A stretch of 64,000 nt of DNA from Camelus dromedarius (lineage: Eukaryota), in contig NC_087436.1 in NCBI RefSeq assembly GCF_036321535.1, positions 75,704,001 to 75,768,000 of the forward strand, given 5' to 3'. Positions 38,860 through 52,284 of the stretch are shown here, in pieces. Position 1 is the stretch's first letter. Each line of letters opens with the position of its first letter. The notes beneath the pieces were generated by a model, which saw nothing but the letters and a program-made list of their open reading frames with translations, did no database searches and was not told where the DNA came from. Position numbers and translations under genes: made by a program.

Positions 38860-39269
38860 GTAAGTAATGCTTTACAATTCCTTTCTTAATGTTGAAGCAA
38901 ATCCGGAACGTTAAGTCTAAAAATGCATAGGTTCAGTTTGCCCAAGTCGCCTTACTCAGTGAGAGAAATTGGAAGCACTTTTTTAAATTGTGAAATAATG
39001 AGGAAAAGTATCATGAAGTCAGTTTTATTCCATCTTAATATTTGCCATGTTTACTTAGTATTAAACACCACCATCACCATCACTGCTGCCAACAATGATC
39101 ACCATCATCATCATAAGTCATTACAGACACAGTCCCTGCTGACTCTGCCGGGATCTCATTCCCACCCTGTTCCCTGGAGATAAACGCCTTTCTAAATTAG
39201 AATTTGTTCCCGTGAAACTTGTAGCTCGGAACTCCATATGTGTGCACATTTTGTTTTGCAGGGTCTCAT

Positions 39270-40520
39270 ACAGTATAAATTGGAATCATACTGTACATAT
39301 TCTTCTGCAGCTTATTTTTTATCCCTTAACATTATGTTTTGGAGATATATGCTTGTTGATATGTTTAGCTTTAGTTCATTCATTTTAACTGCAGAGTAGT
39401 CTATTGAATTATTGCATCATAAGATGGGAATATTGATGGGACATTTAAATTGCCTACAATTCTTTTCTATTACAATATAAAAACACTGCATTGAATAGTC
39501 GTGCTTAAGCCTAGTACGCATTTGCTAACACCTCTCTAGAATGTAATGGTTGGACTCTCTGGGTTGAAGGGGATGTTCACCTCCAAATTAACCAGAAGTC
39601 TTGCCAAAACTGCTCTCTCAAATGAATATATGAATTAGCATCCCTACCAGCAATATATGAGACTTCTTGCTCTGTGTTCTCATCAATACTTACTGTGATT
39701 GTCCTGTTTAGTTTTTCCAATTGAGAGGGTCTACAATTGTATCTCATTCTGTATCTGTTTGCTTCCTCTCTCCTCCCCATCCCCCATACTGATGCAGTGA
39801 AGCATCCTTTCTTGTTTATCTGCTACCTTTTCCATGTATTACTTCTTCATATATTTTTTTGTTTTTCAGTTGGGTTGTCTTTTTCTTACTTGGCAAATTT
39901 TGTTTTAAATAAATTCTGGATACAAAACTTTTAATTACCAGCTATGAAAATATCTTTTCCCAGTCTGTGGTTTTCATTTAACATAGGTTGTAGTCAATTT
40001 TATTGCATAGAAGTTTTAAACTTTAGTGAAATTGTTTACCAGTATCTTTGTAATGATTTATACTTACTGTGTCTTTTCTATAATGAGCTCATAAAGATAT
40101 TCTCCTGTATTTTCTACTCAAAGTTTTACAGTCTTACTTTTTTCACATTGAGATCTTTAATCTGCCTGAAATTAATGTTTGTGCAGGGTGCTTAAATCTA
40201 ATTCTATTTTATCACATGTGGCTATGTAATTGTCCCAGTGCAGTTTATTGAAGAGGTCATCCTTTCCACGCTGATTTGTAATGCCACCTTTCTTTTATAA
40301 GTTTTATTTTTCTGCCCTGTGTTACACCCCCCTTGGTCTATGTGCCTTTCCTTGTCTCAATACCACGTTGTCATAATTTCCACTATAATTTAATACTGCT
40401 ACTTGGTGTCTAGTAAGGCAGGAGCCCTTCTTGGCTCTTTGCCCTCCCCTATGAATTTTAGGGTCAGTTTGTCAAGTTTTATGAATTATACTATTAGAGT
40501 TATCAGTGTAATATTACTTT
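39270..40520 (-). mobile_element. Ancient L1 fragment
   Basis: T-rich antisense L1 motifs: tttagttcattcattttaactgc, aattgtcccagtgcagtttattgaa, tatgaattttagggtcagtttgtcaagtt. Confidence 0.7.
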
Positions 40521-41879
40521 ATTTCTGCCTATTTAAGGTTTTTTTCTATTTTTAAGTGAAAGTTATTTCTTTATTAATCTCTTTGATTCCCTATTTATAC
40601 ACAGTGTTGAGTAGACTTTTCCATGCAGTTAATGGCAAATTGAATGAATTAATGGTCTCCAAAGTCTATTGCTTGTCTTTCTCCCTTAACATTATATTTC
40701 TCTGTGAATTTTTGTGTTTTGGTTTGCAGGCCCACTTTGAGGAGGAGATTTTTGTTTGTGAGCACCACTCCCAGCACCAGAACCAGGTGTCATGGTGGCC
40801 TTGGCCTTAGGCATGTGTCAGATCCAGTCTCCGAACCATGAGGCAGCTTGGTTTGGTTTCTGGTGATGAGCATGTGCAAGAATAAGCGAGGAGAAACTGC
40901 CTGGCATACAACCTACATGTAACTGTGGGTAGTTAGTTAACGTCTGGAGTCTAGGGGCACAGGGTATAGAGACACAGGGAAGGGGCTGGGAAGTTAGAAC
41001 AGAGACATGAGGCAGGAGTTAGAGCCTAATGAACTGGTTGGTGTACAAGCCAAGGGGCTCAAACTTCATCCTGAATGTTACAGAGAATCTTTAGAGTTTC
41101 AACCAAGGGATTGACATAATCAGACGCATTTTAAAATTTTTGCTTAGAAAAAACATTTACTGAGGCAGTAATATACAGTATGAATGATAAAGAGGTCAAG
41201 TTAGGAGGCTACTGAAGTTTCTAGGTAAAATATGATGAGTGCACAGTGAAGGAGGAGAGAACAGATTCAAGAGATGCAGATGGTTGCTACCATGTAGAGA
41301 GTAAGGGAAAGAATGAGGTATAGGATGACTCCCAGGATTTTTGGCTGGATGACTACATTTATAGCAGTGACATTGATGAGGGAACACAGTGAAAGACAAG
41401 TTAGAGAAGAAACAGAATGAATCCAACCTGGAGCAGACTGAGTTTGAGATGCTTGTAGTTGGAGGTGTCTAGCTGTGCACCAACCCAGGTGCCATTAAGG
41501 TCCAAGCTGATGATCATACTCACAGGGCACAACAAGGGTTTAATCAGATTCTGTGTTTACTTAACTCCGTAGAAGAATACAAGGCCAGAGACACAGTGGG
41601 GCAGCATCTTTCACTGGGAGGCCCAGCGGCTAATCACGTACAGTTTCTTTTGTGCCATCTTTCATGTAGAGTGTGTACCACTGCCACGGGCCTGTGGAGC
41701 CAAGGTGTCTGTGAGTTACCGCAACATAGGGAAACTGAGCCTTGAGTTCCAACTAATCTTTCATACCGTGCTAGTCATGCAAGCCCGAGGCGCACAAGTC
41801 AGCTCGCAGCCCCCAGCTTCGGGGCTGTCCTCTGCCACGCAGGAGCAGACACAGCTTCCTGCATTGCCTTTTTTCCTTC

Positions 41880-42100
41880 ATACTGGTTCCAGGTGTATAG
41901 CAAAGTGATTCAGTTATACGCATACACATATGTATGTCTACTTCTCTTTTTTTCAATTCTTTTCCAGGATAGGTTATTACAAGATATTAAATATAGTTCT
42001 CTGTGCTGTACAGTAGGTCCTTGTTGTGTGTCTATTTTATATATTGTAGTGTGTAACTGTTAATCCCATACTCTTAATTTACTACTCTCCACTTCCCACA
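41880..42100 (-). mobile_element. L1 3' tail of a younger family
   Basis: caggtgtatagcaaagtgattcagttata..ataggttattacaagatattaaatatagttctctgtgctgtacagtagg. Related to 27503-27610 and 46215-46625. Confidence 0.78.
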
Positions 42101-42856
42101 TTATCGTAATACTATAATTACCAAGAAAATAGTGACCTGGAGGTCATTTATAGGCAAGCCAGCATCAGCCTTATACTTGTGCTTACCACAGGTGGTTAAG
42201 TATATGGATGTGAAATGCCTGAAGGGGGTGTGGACCAGTGATAGAAATAAGGCTTTGGAGGCAGCGATCTGGGTTCAGGTGCATGCTGCACCACTTAAAA
42301 GCTGCATGCTTTGGCAAATGAGAGAAGTTCTCTAGGTGTTAGTATCTTTTCCTTTAGGATGGCTTAATCATGCCTACTGTCCAGGACTCCTGTGAATATT
42401 ATTAACTATGACAGTGAATAAAAGGTACTTAGTATGTGGTAGATTCTCAACAAATGTCAGTTCCTTTTTTCTAGGAAATAAATGATTCTGATGTCAAATA
42501 TGGAGATAAGAGAGAAATAAAAGGTGATAAGATAGTAACTTACCCTCATAAGGATGAAAAAACCTACTTCAAAAGCAACGTGTTCTTTGTACTACTCCCT
42601 CGTCTGATACGGGTAGGAATGTTGGGCAATGATTGTTTTCTGCCCCCCAGACTATCCAAATAAAGTTCATTTTCTTTTGCAAAACCCAGGCAATCAAGGA
42701 AATAAAGATGCCAACCTGGGAAGATCTGGAAATTAAAAATTAAAATGCCCTCCTCTCTGCATTTGTTTCAGACCATTAATCATTGTACTTTTGTTCATGA
42801 CAGTTATTAAGCATATTTGGGTTGACGATGAATAAAATTATTTTTCTTTCACATAG

Positions 42857-42951
42857 GAACGGATGAGAACATGCTCATCAGCATTCTGGCTGAACGGTCG
42901 AATGCACAGCGGCAGCTGATTGTGAAGGAATACCAAGCAGCCTATGGAAAG
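42857..42951 (+). CDS. ANXA3: ANXA3 exon 4
   Basis: catag| to AAG|gtacga, 95 bp. (G)TDENMLISILAERSNAQRQLIVKEYQAAYGK, annexin repeat I. Confidence 0.96.
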
Positions 42952-43203
42952 GTACGATTCTGTTAATGTAACAGGCAGTAAAGAGCTAATCACTGATGGA
43001 TCATGGCGGCTCCCCCATGATTATGCCCACGGATCTTTTGTTTCAGGCCAAGTGTAACAGAAAAGCCCTTGTGTATCCAGTTGACAGCCTGGAATAGGAG
43101 TCTTAAGTTTTGCCCTTCACTGGCTGAATGACCTTGGGCGTGTTATTTGATCTTGCGGGGCCTCAGTACCTTCATCTGTTGAGTAAGGAGAGTTGCCTTG
43201 GAT

Positions 43204-43414
43204 CAGTGGCTCTAAACTCAGAGGGAATGATTTTGCTCCCCTGGGGATATTTGGCAATGACTCCAAATGTTTCGATTATCACAACTGATGGGAGAGAGAG
43301 GGATGTTTCTGGTATCTGGTGGGTGGAGGTCAGGGAATCTGCTAAACTTCCTACAAGTCACAAGACCATCCTCCACAGCAAAGAGTTATCTGATCAATCA
43401 TCTGATAAACCCTG
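43204..43414. mobile_element. MER20-like hAT MITE
   Basis: cagtggctctaaactc..gattttgctcccctggggatatttggcaatg..tggtatctggtgggtggaggtcaggg..ataaaccctg. Confidence 0.78.
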
Positions 43415-44976
43415 TCTTAGATGTTCTTTGTCTTCCAACTTCAATGTGTTTATGTAATTACAGATTTTTTTTAATTCATTCAGTGAATGAAAACATACTA
43501 AGTACCAGAAGCTATACAAAAGCTATTTAAGAACATTTTGTGTGTCTTTTCCATGCATTTTACTTGTTCAATAATAAACTACTCTGTGTCAGGGGTTGGT
43601 TACTACTCTGTGTCGGGAGATACCCTAGACAGTGGCGATTCACTAGAATAAAAAGATCCTCTTTTCTTTCCAATGGACCTAACATTCTATTAGAAAAATA
43701 GTAAATATATAAGTAAAATAAATTCAGATATTGGTAAGTGCTGTGGAAGAATTAAAATGGGTGATATGCTAGAGAATGGTGATGGCTCCTTTAGATCACG
43801 TGGTGAGGAGACGAGAGTGAGAGGTTGTGTCCTTACTCTCAACTAAGACTAAACACCACCAAGACGTCTGCTCTGCTTGAGCCGGGGAAGAGCGTTCCAG
43901 ACAGAAAGGCCAGCAAATGCAAAAGCCATGAGGCCAAAACAAGCTGGGAACACTTAGGAAACAGAAAAAGTTCCCGTATGGCAGGAGTGCAGACAGTAAA
44001 GGGAGGCAGAGGGAAGAGCTGAGACTGAAGAGAGGCTTAGAACACGCTGGGCCTTGCGGTCTTGGTACAGAGTTTAGATTTTATTCTAAGAATAATAGGG
44101 AACAATTGGAATTTTGTAAGAAAGGAAATGCTATTATCTTATTTATATATTTGAAAGATTATTTTAGCTGCTGGGACTAATGAACTGTATAGGGGAAAGA
44201 GTGGAAACACAGGCCAATCAGAGCATCGGGTCCAGAACTGAGAGTGTGTGGGGACCACCCAAGAGAGCTGGGGCACCATCCAGCAGTGTTCTCCAAGCTC
44301 CCAGGCTCCATTAAGATGTCCTTCTCGGTGTTCCTTTCTCAGATACTTAGCATATTATGTTGAAATTTTGTCTTTGACTACTTCTGTTTCTCCCATTAGG
44401 GCATAATGTCCTAGGGGTAACGACTGTGTCTAACTCACTTTTAAGTGCCTGGCACAGAGCAGGCACACAGTAAACAGTGTTCAACTTAAATGAATTGCCA
44501 AGCTTCTGAGCAAGACAACACACTCGTGTGCTGTCTTCCCTTCCCTTCCTCTTTGAAGCTCTTTAGGAGTCACTGAGAAACAAGACAGAAACAGAGCACC
44601 TTCCAGTGAAGCTCAGTGTGAATTGTGGGGCTCCCCCTCCCCTTCTTCTCCCTCACCCCAGCCCTAGCGTGGAGAGCAGAGTGTCAAGGGCCCAGGAAAT
44701 GAATTCGAATACACAGCTCCTACCTGTGGCATGCATAGACCCTCCTCCATTGGTTTTCCCTCAGAAAGCCTTCTATAAAACAGAACTTTTTGGAAGCAAT
44801 TGTAAAATGTAAATTAATATCCATAGAAATATTTTCACCATTTCTGTTTATCTCCTGTGGATGGATGTGCTTTTGTCTGAATTCACACAGGCACGTTCAT
44901 CTTTCACTAGGTGACTTTGGAGGAAGAGAAAGGAGAACTATTTCATGCTCTTGTCTTTGGGTTTTCTTTGTTTTAG

Positions 44977-45090
44977 GAACTGAAAGATGACCTGAAGGGT
45001 GACCTCTCTGGTGAGTTGAAGAATCTCATGGTGGCCCTCGTGACACCACCGGCAGTGTTTGATGCAAAACAGCTGAAGAAATCCATGAAG
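44977..45090 (+). CDS. ANXA3: ANXA3 exon 5
   Basis: tttag| to AAG|gtagga, 114 bp. ELKDDLKGDLSGELKNLMVALVTPPAVFDAKQLKKSMK. Confidence 0.95.
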
Positions 45091-46214
45091 GTAGGAGCCC
45101 TACACAAGCCGTTTCTGCCCAGGATTTGATTATCAAAAAGAGTGACTTTCTGCCAGGGCACACTTGAGATATCGGTGGAAATGGGATCGATTTGGAGACT
45201 CTGTGCTCTCCAGTCAGTAGAACAACCCTGAAAGGGAAGCAGCCCCAGAACCTTAAGCCCACACGTTCCTGGCCTGAAAGGATATTGTCATATCCTATTT
45301 TTGCTGGTTTTTGTTTTGGTTTTTTTTTTTCTGACCTGAGGTGTTAGGTTCTCTTATTTTGTTGTCATTGAGAGTAAAGCACCATCTTTAACCCCATTGC
45401 TTGGGCCAAAAACCTAGAACTCGCCTTCATCCCTTGCTTTCTCTCATGCTTCAAAGCTCCCAAATGTGTCAGCAAGCCCATCAGCTCTACTTCAGAATCT
45501 ATCAAAAGTGTGTGCACGTCTCCCCGAATCCACTGCTATCCTTCTAGCTCAACCACTCTCATCTCCTAACTGGACCACATCCATGTCCTCTGAACTGGTC
45601 TCTTTGCCTCTATTTTTGCCCATTTCAAATCCATTCACCATAGAGTAGCCAAAATTATTTAGAACAGCCAAACTTATTTCTATAAATTTATTTTTAGAAT
45701 CAGCTTGTACTCTTCACTGGCAGAAATCTCAGATTTCTCCTTAAGCTTTGACTGCTTAAAATCCGAACTCCTTATCATGACCGACATCTCCCAGCGTGGT
45801 CTGTCTCCTGTCTGTCTCTGCGGCTGTTTAAAATTCTATCTGTATCAGTCAGGGTTCCCCCAAGAAGCAGACCCAGTAGGCAGGAGACAGAGAGTGAGGG
45901 ATTATTGCAAGGAATTGGTTACACAATTATGAGGCTGACCAGGCAGATCTAAAATCTTCAGGGCAGGCTGTTAGGAAGGGCAGGCTGGGACTCTTAGCAC
46001 AGGCTGGTGACTGTGGAACTTCTTCTTTTTCAAAGAAGGCTTTATGACTGACTGAATTAGACTCACTCTCTCTTAGGCAAAAGAACTCCAAAGTAAGCAG
46101 TCCAGAGCTGGGTGTCATGGCACCACCATTGTCAGAGACTCAGCCACCTCCAGCCTACAGATAACACTTCTCGGCTAGATGGCAGCTCAGCATCCAGCCA
46201 TTGTATCTTTCTTT

Positions 46215-46625
46215 CTATTTTATTGAAGAATAGTCAGTTTACAATGTGGGGTTAATTTCTGTGTATAGCATAGTCTCAGCCACACACATACAAATAAACA
46301 TATAGTCCTTTTCATATTCTTTTTTATTATAGGCCATTACAAGGTATTGAATATAGCTCCCTATTATACAATAGGACCTTATTGTTTATCTGTTTTATAT
46401 ATAGTAGTTAGTGTCTGCTAATCCTGAACTCTCAATTTATCCCTCCACCCCTGCCCCCTTTTCCCCCAGTAACCGTAAGTTTGTTTTCTATGTCTGTGAG
46501 TCTGTTTCTGTTTTGTAAATGAGTTCATTTGTGTCATTTCTTTTAGACGCCACATATAAGTGATATCATATGGTATTTTTCTTTCCCTTTCTGGCTTACT
46601 TCACTTAGTATGATAATCTCCTGGT
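46215..46625 (-). mobile_element. L1 3' end fragment
   Basis: ttttattgaagaatagtcagtttacaatg..ccacatataagtgatatcatatggtatttttc..ttacttcacttagtatgataatctc. Confidence 0.82.
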
Positions 46626-47286
46626 CTTTATTTGGGTAGAGACACACTAAGCTTGAAAATGGGGGCTCTGTTACCAATCAAGGAAGATAAAAGATTTCAG
46701 CCTCTGTCCGTGTGCTATATTGGCCTTATTTGATCAAGTCCTAGTGTAAATGGCTTTTCTTGGAGTCACAGTGTGAGTCAGTGACCTCAATATAAACCAG
46801 GACTCAGGAATAACTAGTCTGCAAACCAACTGTGCACTCATGACATACATTATTGAGGCTTTAAAAGATCTCCCTGGATGAAGGGAATCATACATGCTGA
46901 CCAACCCAGTGCATTGGTACAAGGATGAACTAATTCGAGAGAATTGCAGAGTCCTTTCTAATTGTAATAATGTTTGAATTCTTACTTCTGATCCTGAATG
47001 ACATAGGCTTTCCCTTGATACTGTTTTTTCCTTGAACTACTCGATGGAGTTTTTCTCTAGAGTTGGACATTTTCTTTAAAATTTTGATGTCAGTTAACTT
47101 CAGATGATTCATGGTATTTTAACACTAAAATGTAAGGGAAATTCGAGAACCAGTTTAGAGCTATATAGGACCTTACGTTGATTTACTAAAACCTGTTCAT
47201 CTGTGTAAACCAAGATATTAAGATTGAAATGCGTGAAACTAAGTTTTTTGAAGTGTTCTAAAAATAGATTTCCTTTTTCTTCTTAG

Positions 47287-47377
47287 GGCACGGGGACAAA
47301 TGAAGATGCGCTGATTGAAATCTTAACCACCAGGACAAGCCGGCAGATGAAGGAGATCGGCCACGCCTACTGCACAG
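47287..47377 (+). CDS. ANXA3: ANXA3 exon 6
   Basis: cttag| to CAG|gtgacc, 91 bp. GTGTNEDALIEILTTRTSRQMKEIGHAYCT(V), repeat II. Confidence 0.95.
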
Positions 47378-47859
47378 GTGACCTGATTTTCTGTTTCCCT
47401 TCACTCTTGCTTACACCTGTACGGGCCAGTGCTGCTTCTCCCAGAAACCTGCCAATCTCTTCTTCATGGTGATTTTGAGAAGGCTAAATGTGTAAAACTA
47501 AAAGGAGGATACATTCTAAAATGGGCTAGGGACTGTGGATTTTTGGAGAAAATTTTTAATATGATCTGAGCTAGAAGCTGCTGCATAATAATCCATTAAT
47601 GCTGTGCATTTATGACATTGTAACTACGGTGAATTTTGCTCTCGGCAATCACTGCTTAATTGAATCCACCATTTTCATCAGTGTAAGAGACTCAGATCAT
47701 TGCATATTAATATTATATGTTAAAAACCACTCAGATTAGCCTCATGATTTTTGGTGTGAGAAATTAGATGGACCATTTAGAGGATGTATTGCTCATGTGG
47801 GTTCAGTATAATTAGCAAAAGCCCTAATAGTCTGCTAGCTGTTTTGAAAGTAGAAAGCG

Positions 47860-48582
47860 CCTGCCATGCAATTCTGACACCAACAACCCAAAGTTAGAGT
47901 GACTTCATAGGTTAAGGGCAAGTCGCCACAAAACTACCCTAGCTTCAGACACCAGCCACAAACTCAGGTGGTCCCTGGCCACGTGCACTTCAGACCAAAT
48001 GGTGACAGACTCAGAGGATCCTCACTCTCCCTTCAGGTTCAATAACTCAGTAGAATGACTCACAGAACTCAAGAATGCTCCAGACTTACAATTACGGTTT
48101 TCTGTAAAGAACGTAAATCAAGACGGATCGAGTGAAGAGATACACAGGGCAAAGTCTGGGAGGGTCCTGAGCACAGAGCTTCCATGTCTGAAGGATGCCT
48201 CACCTCCCTGCACAGCGATGTAGAACTGCCAACCAGGGACGCGCACTTGATCTTTGGTGTCCAGAGCTTTTACTGGGGTTTTATGACACAGGCAGGATTG
48301 ACTTAATCACTGGCCACATGACTGAACTCCATGTCTAGTCCCCCTCCTCTCCCTGGATGTCAGGAATGTGGCTCAAAGCCTTAACCCTTTAATCACATGG
48401 TTGGTCTTTCTGGTGTGACTGAGCCCCATCCTGAGTCATCCTGTTAGCATAGACTCCGGTGTGGTTCAGGGGACCCACCATGAATAACAATGACGTTCCT
48501 GTTACTGGGGAAATTCCAAGTATTTAGAGGTTACCTCCCAAGAACCAGGGACAAAGACCTGCCCAATTCTTACTAAACAACA
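47860..48582. mobile_element. MER21-like LTR
   Basis: caattctgacacc..ggttaagggc..cttcagacaccagccacaa..ggtgtccagagcttttactgggg..gaaccagggacaaagacc. Confidence 0.72.
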
Positions 48583-48758
48583 GTTTCTATGTTTTTGTAT
48601 CAGGGAGGTCAGTTGTGTATCAGGGAGCTTCTGCAGCAGGAGAGTGCCAAAGAAGGGATATACTGGTCCCCAGATGGATGTTAGGGAGGTTACTGTGAGA
48701 AATTCCCATTCGAAGGTAAAAACCCCACTGGTAGGAAAGTGACTATTTTATGGTCGAT

Positions 48759-49361
48759 GTGCCAATCAGGTCTAGTCAGAAAAACAGAAGTGTACGAGGT
48801 GTTTTAACAGAATTTAATAGAGAGAATCGCTCAAACACCTTTGAGAGGACTGAAAAAGCAGAAAGGAAACACAGAGGTAGCACGGAGGTATAACCCTCAG
48901 GGCAGGGACAGCAGAGAAAGGGATTGGGGTTTGCAGAAACTAGAAGCTCAGAGGGCACCGCTTTCCAGTGCTGGTGCTTCGGGGGCTCAGAGGAGATGCC
49001 TAGGGAATTGAGGTGCAGATCTCTGTGAAGGGACCTCCGTCCAGCTGGAGCTGGTACCTCCACAGACATGTAAGCAGGTGACTCGTCCTCGGAGCCTGGA
49101 GCCAACTGCTGCTGTCGGGGGAAAGCCCTTCACTGGGTTGACACTGACATGAATAGCAAGCCAATAGCATGTCCTTCTTTCCTCCTTCTGCCTTCCATCT
49201 ATTCTCCCTCGACTCCTCCCATTGGTGGAATCTAGCAGGGAGTTGGGGTGTGGGGGGCAGAAGAGAAATGTACTTTGCAAAGTCCTAACCTCAGCTCCAC
49301 AAAGCTAGGTATAGAAGGGCAAATTTGGGGTAGATGAGATAATTGCTCGATAATAGGCACA
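48759..49361. mobile_element. Ancient ERVL-type LTR remnant
   Basis: Starts tgtgcc and ends ggcaca, forming short inverted termini. Contains gaaatgtactttgcaaagtcc. Confidence 0.5.
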
Positions 49362-51426
49362 AATGGGTACCTTGTAGGTGTTTAACATTTCTGGTTCCCT
49401 CTGTTCAACAAGATGTGCATATAAAACATCACCAGAGCCAAGGGCTCTATCCCAAGATGCTTTATTACTTCCTGCTGTTTCTTGGAAGAGTTACCACTCC
49501 ATGAGTTGACTGGCCTGGAGAGTCTCCTTGGAATTCAGCGTTTCTGTACAAACAACCCTACGACATAAGCTCTATGAAAGGGAGATTTTTGTCTGTTTTG
49601 TTCACTGCTGTATCTCCAGTGCCTGGAGCCGTTGGGGGATCAATTCAAAGATTTATTGAATGAATATCCTCAAGGCTGAGGTCTGAGTCTTAAGCACCAA
49701 GTGAGTGTTCTAGCATTTAGGACCGTCATTTTGCAAATGCGACAAGTGGTCTTTGTTCAGAGTTACCAGATGCCTTGTATCTGTGTGAGTTAAGCTGTCT
49801 AAGGCTACAAGGAGTTGAGCTGCATCTGGGTTCCCTTGGTGAGTGGGGATTAATGATACACAGGAAGTAAAAGAAGGAAATATTCTCAGCCGTGTGTAGC
49901 CAAGCTTTGTGGAGGCTCAGGACCCAGCACTACCCTCGGGACTCAGCCGTCTTGTCTCTCCCTCAGCATCAGACATCCACTGCTCCCCTGCGCTGATGTC
50001 TCCATTATAGGAACTCTTTCTCCCTCCTCTCTGCTTCCACTGTTCTGACAACACCAAGGAACTTCTCCTCCCTTACTACATGGTGCTCGTCTAGTTGAGG
50101 CTTCATTTGCCCATGGTTTCTGGTTATTCTTGGCTTCTGTTTCGTGCCTTATTTCTGGGGTTCTTCCCACCTCTTTGTTACTCTTTTTTTTAAAAAAATT
50201 CTGTACAGCTCACTCCCTAAAAGAAGAGATTCAATGGGCTTGGAAAGGCACTGTCTAGTGGAAAGCATTGTTTTGGGCAAAGTTCTCCCACCAGGTCGTC
50301 TCTGTACATTGGCTGCTCACCACCTATGGTCAGATGCCAACCGTTGGAGTCAGCTGCAGTGGGATTAATGCTGTCGTATAATGTGAAATGGTGACCCATG
50401 CATGAGAAACCCATCAAAAGAGCTATCAACCTGGCCCTCATAAAGGGACCAGGCGTTTTACGTGGCTCGTACAGTACAATGACACAATAGACTCTAAACG
50501 AATAGAGAGCTAAATTCAGAACTCTTTCCAGTGTTCTAAAGTTAATGGTGTGTGAGAGAGCACTGAATCAGGGATCGAAAACTCAAAGTTCTGTTTCAGG
50601 CTCCTGCACTGTTGAAACATCATATTTGCTTTTCTATACCATCTTGTGCCTCAAGTGCATAAAGTAGTTTTCAACTTGCATCGAAATAATTTTTGTATCT
50701 TTAGTCTAACTTCCCACAAAATATCTCGGGTGAAGGGAAGGGAGGCATGTGAGGCTGCATGAGATGACTATAAAGTCTCATCTAGATATTTCTAAAATTA
50801 TAAAACACTCCCCCAGATTTAACAAAGGAGAGCTTCGTTTTTTTGGCTTGATATTTTTAAATTAAAAAAAAAACTTCTAATTAGAGTGAAGGATAGATGT
50901 ACCAATAGCATGACTGTTAGGGAAAATGATGCCTACTAAATGTTATTACTTAGATAAATAATCTTTATTTATAGTGGGTTTTTCTTATTTGAATTGCTCT
51001 GGGAAATTATAGGTTTCATAAAAAGAGCCTTACTAAAATCATGCTGGAAGAGTTTGTCTCTCAGCACAGTTCTTGCTATTAGGTCATCTCATGTCACTTT
51101 CTATGATTGTCTTTTATTGATTTAAAAGGACAAGCGTTCATATGATTGACTTTTAGAGTTCTTGAGAACGATGCAGGGAGAGTTCCAATAGCCACCTGGT
51201 GTCAGCTGCATCAGGTATGTCGTGGCCCCAAGAGAATCGCTGCTCCTTGGACAGAGCAGAGCAGAGATTTACAAATCAACGGACACTGCACATCACAAGC
51301 TGTGCAAAAGGTGCTACAAGTAGTCAGGACTATATGTGAACACACAGTTGGTGTTTGTTATGGGGAAATAGTAGGTTTTAGGGTAGCTTTCTTACTTTTG
51401 AGAGATATCCAATAATGCAGTCTAGC

Positions 51427-51903
51427 TGTATGCATTAAGGTTAGAGTCAGGTTCAATAAAACAGAAAAATAATGGTGGCTTAAATAAAAGTTTATTTCTC
51501 TCATGTGTAGAAGCAGTCTGGAGATAGGCATTTCTAGGACTGGCTTGATAGCTCATCAACTTTTAGGAACCCGGGCCCCTTTCTGCTTATTCTTTGCCAT
51601 CGCTGAGATGTAGTCTTTGTCTTCATAGTGCAAGATGGCTGCCCAGGCTCCAGGGGTCAACCTACATTCCAGGCATTAGGATGGAGGAAAGAGCCATCAC
51701 TGAGGAGATTTCCTAGCAATGTCACATAGGTCTGCCTACATTTGGTGGCCAAGAATGGAGTTGTCGAGCTGTGCCTAGCTCAGAGGAGAGCAGAGGACGT
51801 AGTCTTTATGCTCTGTGCATTCTGTCTTGCTCAAGGTCAGGCTTCTATTCCTTTGGAAGAAGGAGGCAGTGGAAATTGGAAGGCAAATTAGCAGCTTGCC
51901 CAC
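51427..51903 (-). mobile_element. MLT1J/K-like LTR remnant
   Basis: ataatggtggcttaaataaaagtttatttctctcatg..caagatggctgcc..ctacattccaggca. Confidence 0.62.
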
Positions 51904-52204
51904 CCTAGCTTTCTCACCATACGTTCCTTAGTGCTATTGTCAGGTGAAATGAACCGTGAGTTGATCCAGAATGGCATTTTCTTATGTTCTTGTGCATCTA
52001 CCACACCACATACTACAGTAATAGTTACAAGAAGGAGGTGTACATCTTGGAAAAGCGCTAGGAGGTTAAAAAAAAAAAAAAGAAGGCGTAATTTATTTCA
52101 TCAGGTACTCCTTCCTTGCCAGTGTTGCCATTTAAGCTTTTCTCTGTTTTATAATAACATTTTTTAGTTTATCAAAGCTTAATTTCATTCTTATTTGCTT
52201 TCAG

Positions 52205-52284
52205 TATACAAGAAAAGTCTCGGAGATGCGATTAGTTCTGAAACCTCTGGTGACTTCCGGAAAGCTCTGTTGACTTTGGCTGAT
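52205..52284 (+). CDS. ANXA3: ANXA3 exon 7
   Basis: ttcag| to GAT|gtaagg, 80 bp. (V)YKKSLGDAISSETSGDFRKALLTLAD. Confidence 0.95.

Noticed and set aside
43578..43614. Short direct repeats with spacers (actactctgtgtc x2; also tgtatcagggag x2 at 48596-48627)
   Set aside because: Only two units each, consistent with ordinary micro-duplications; not CRISPR-like arrays.
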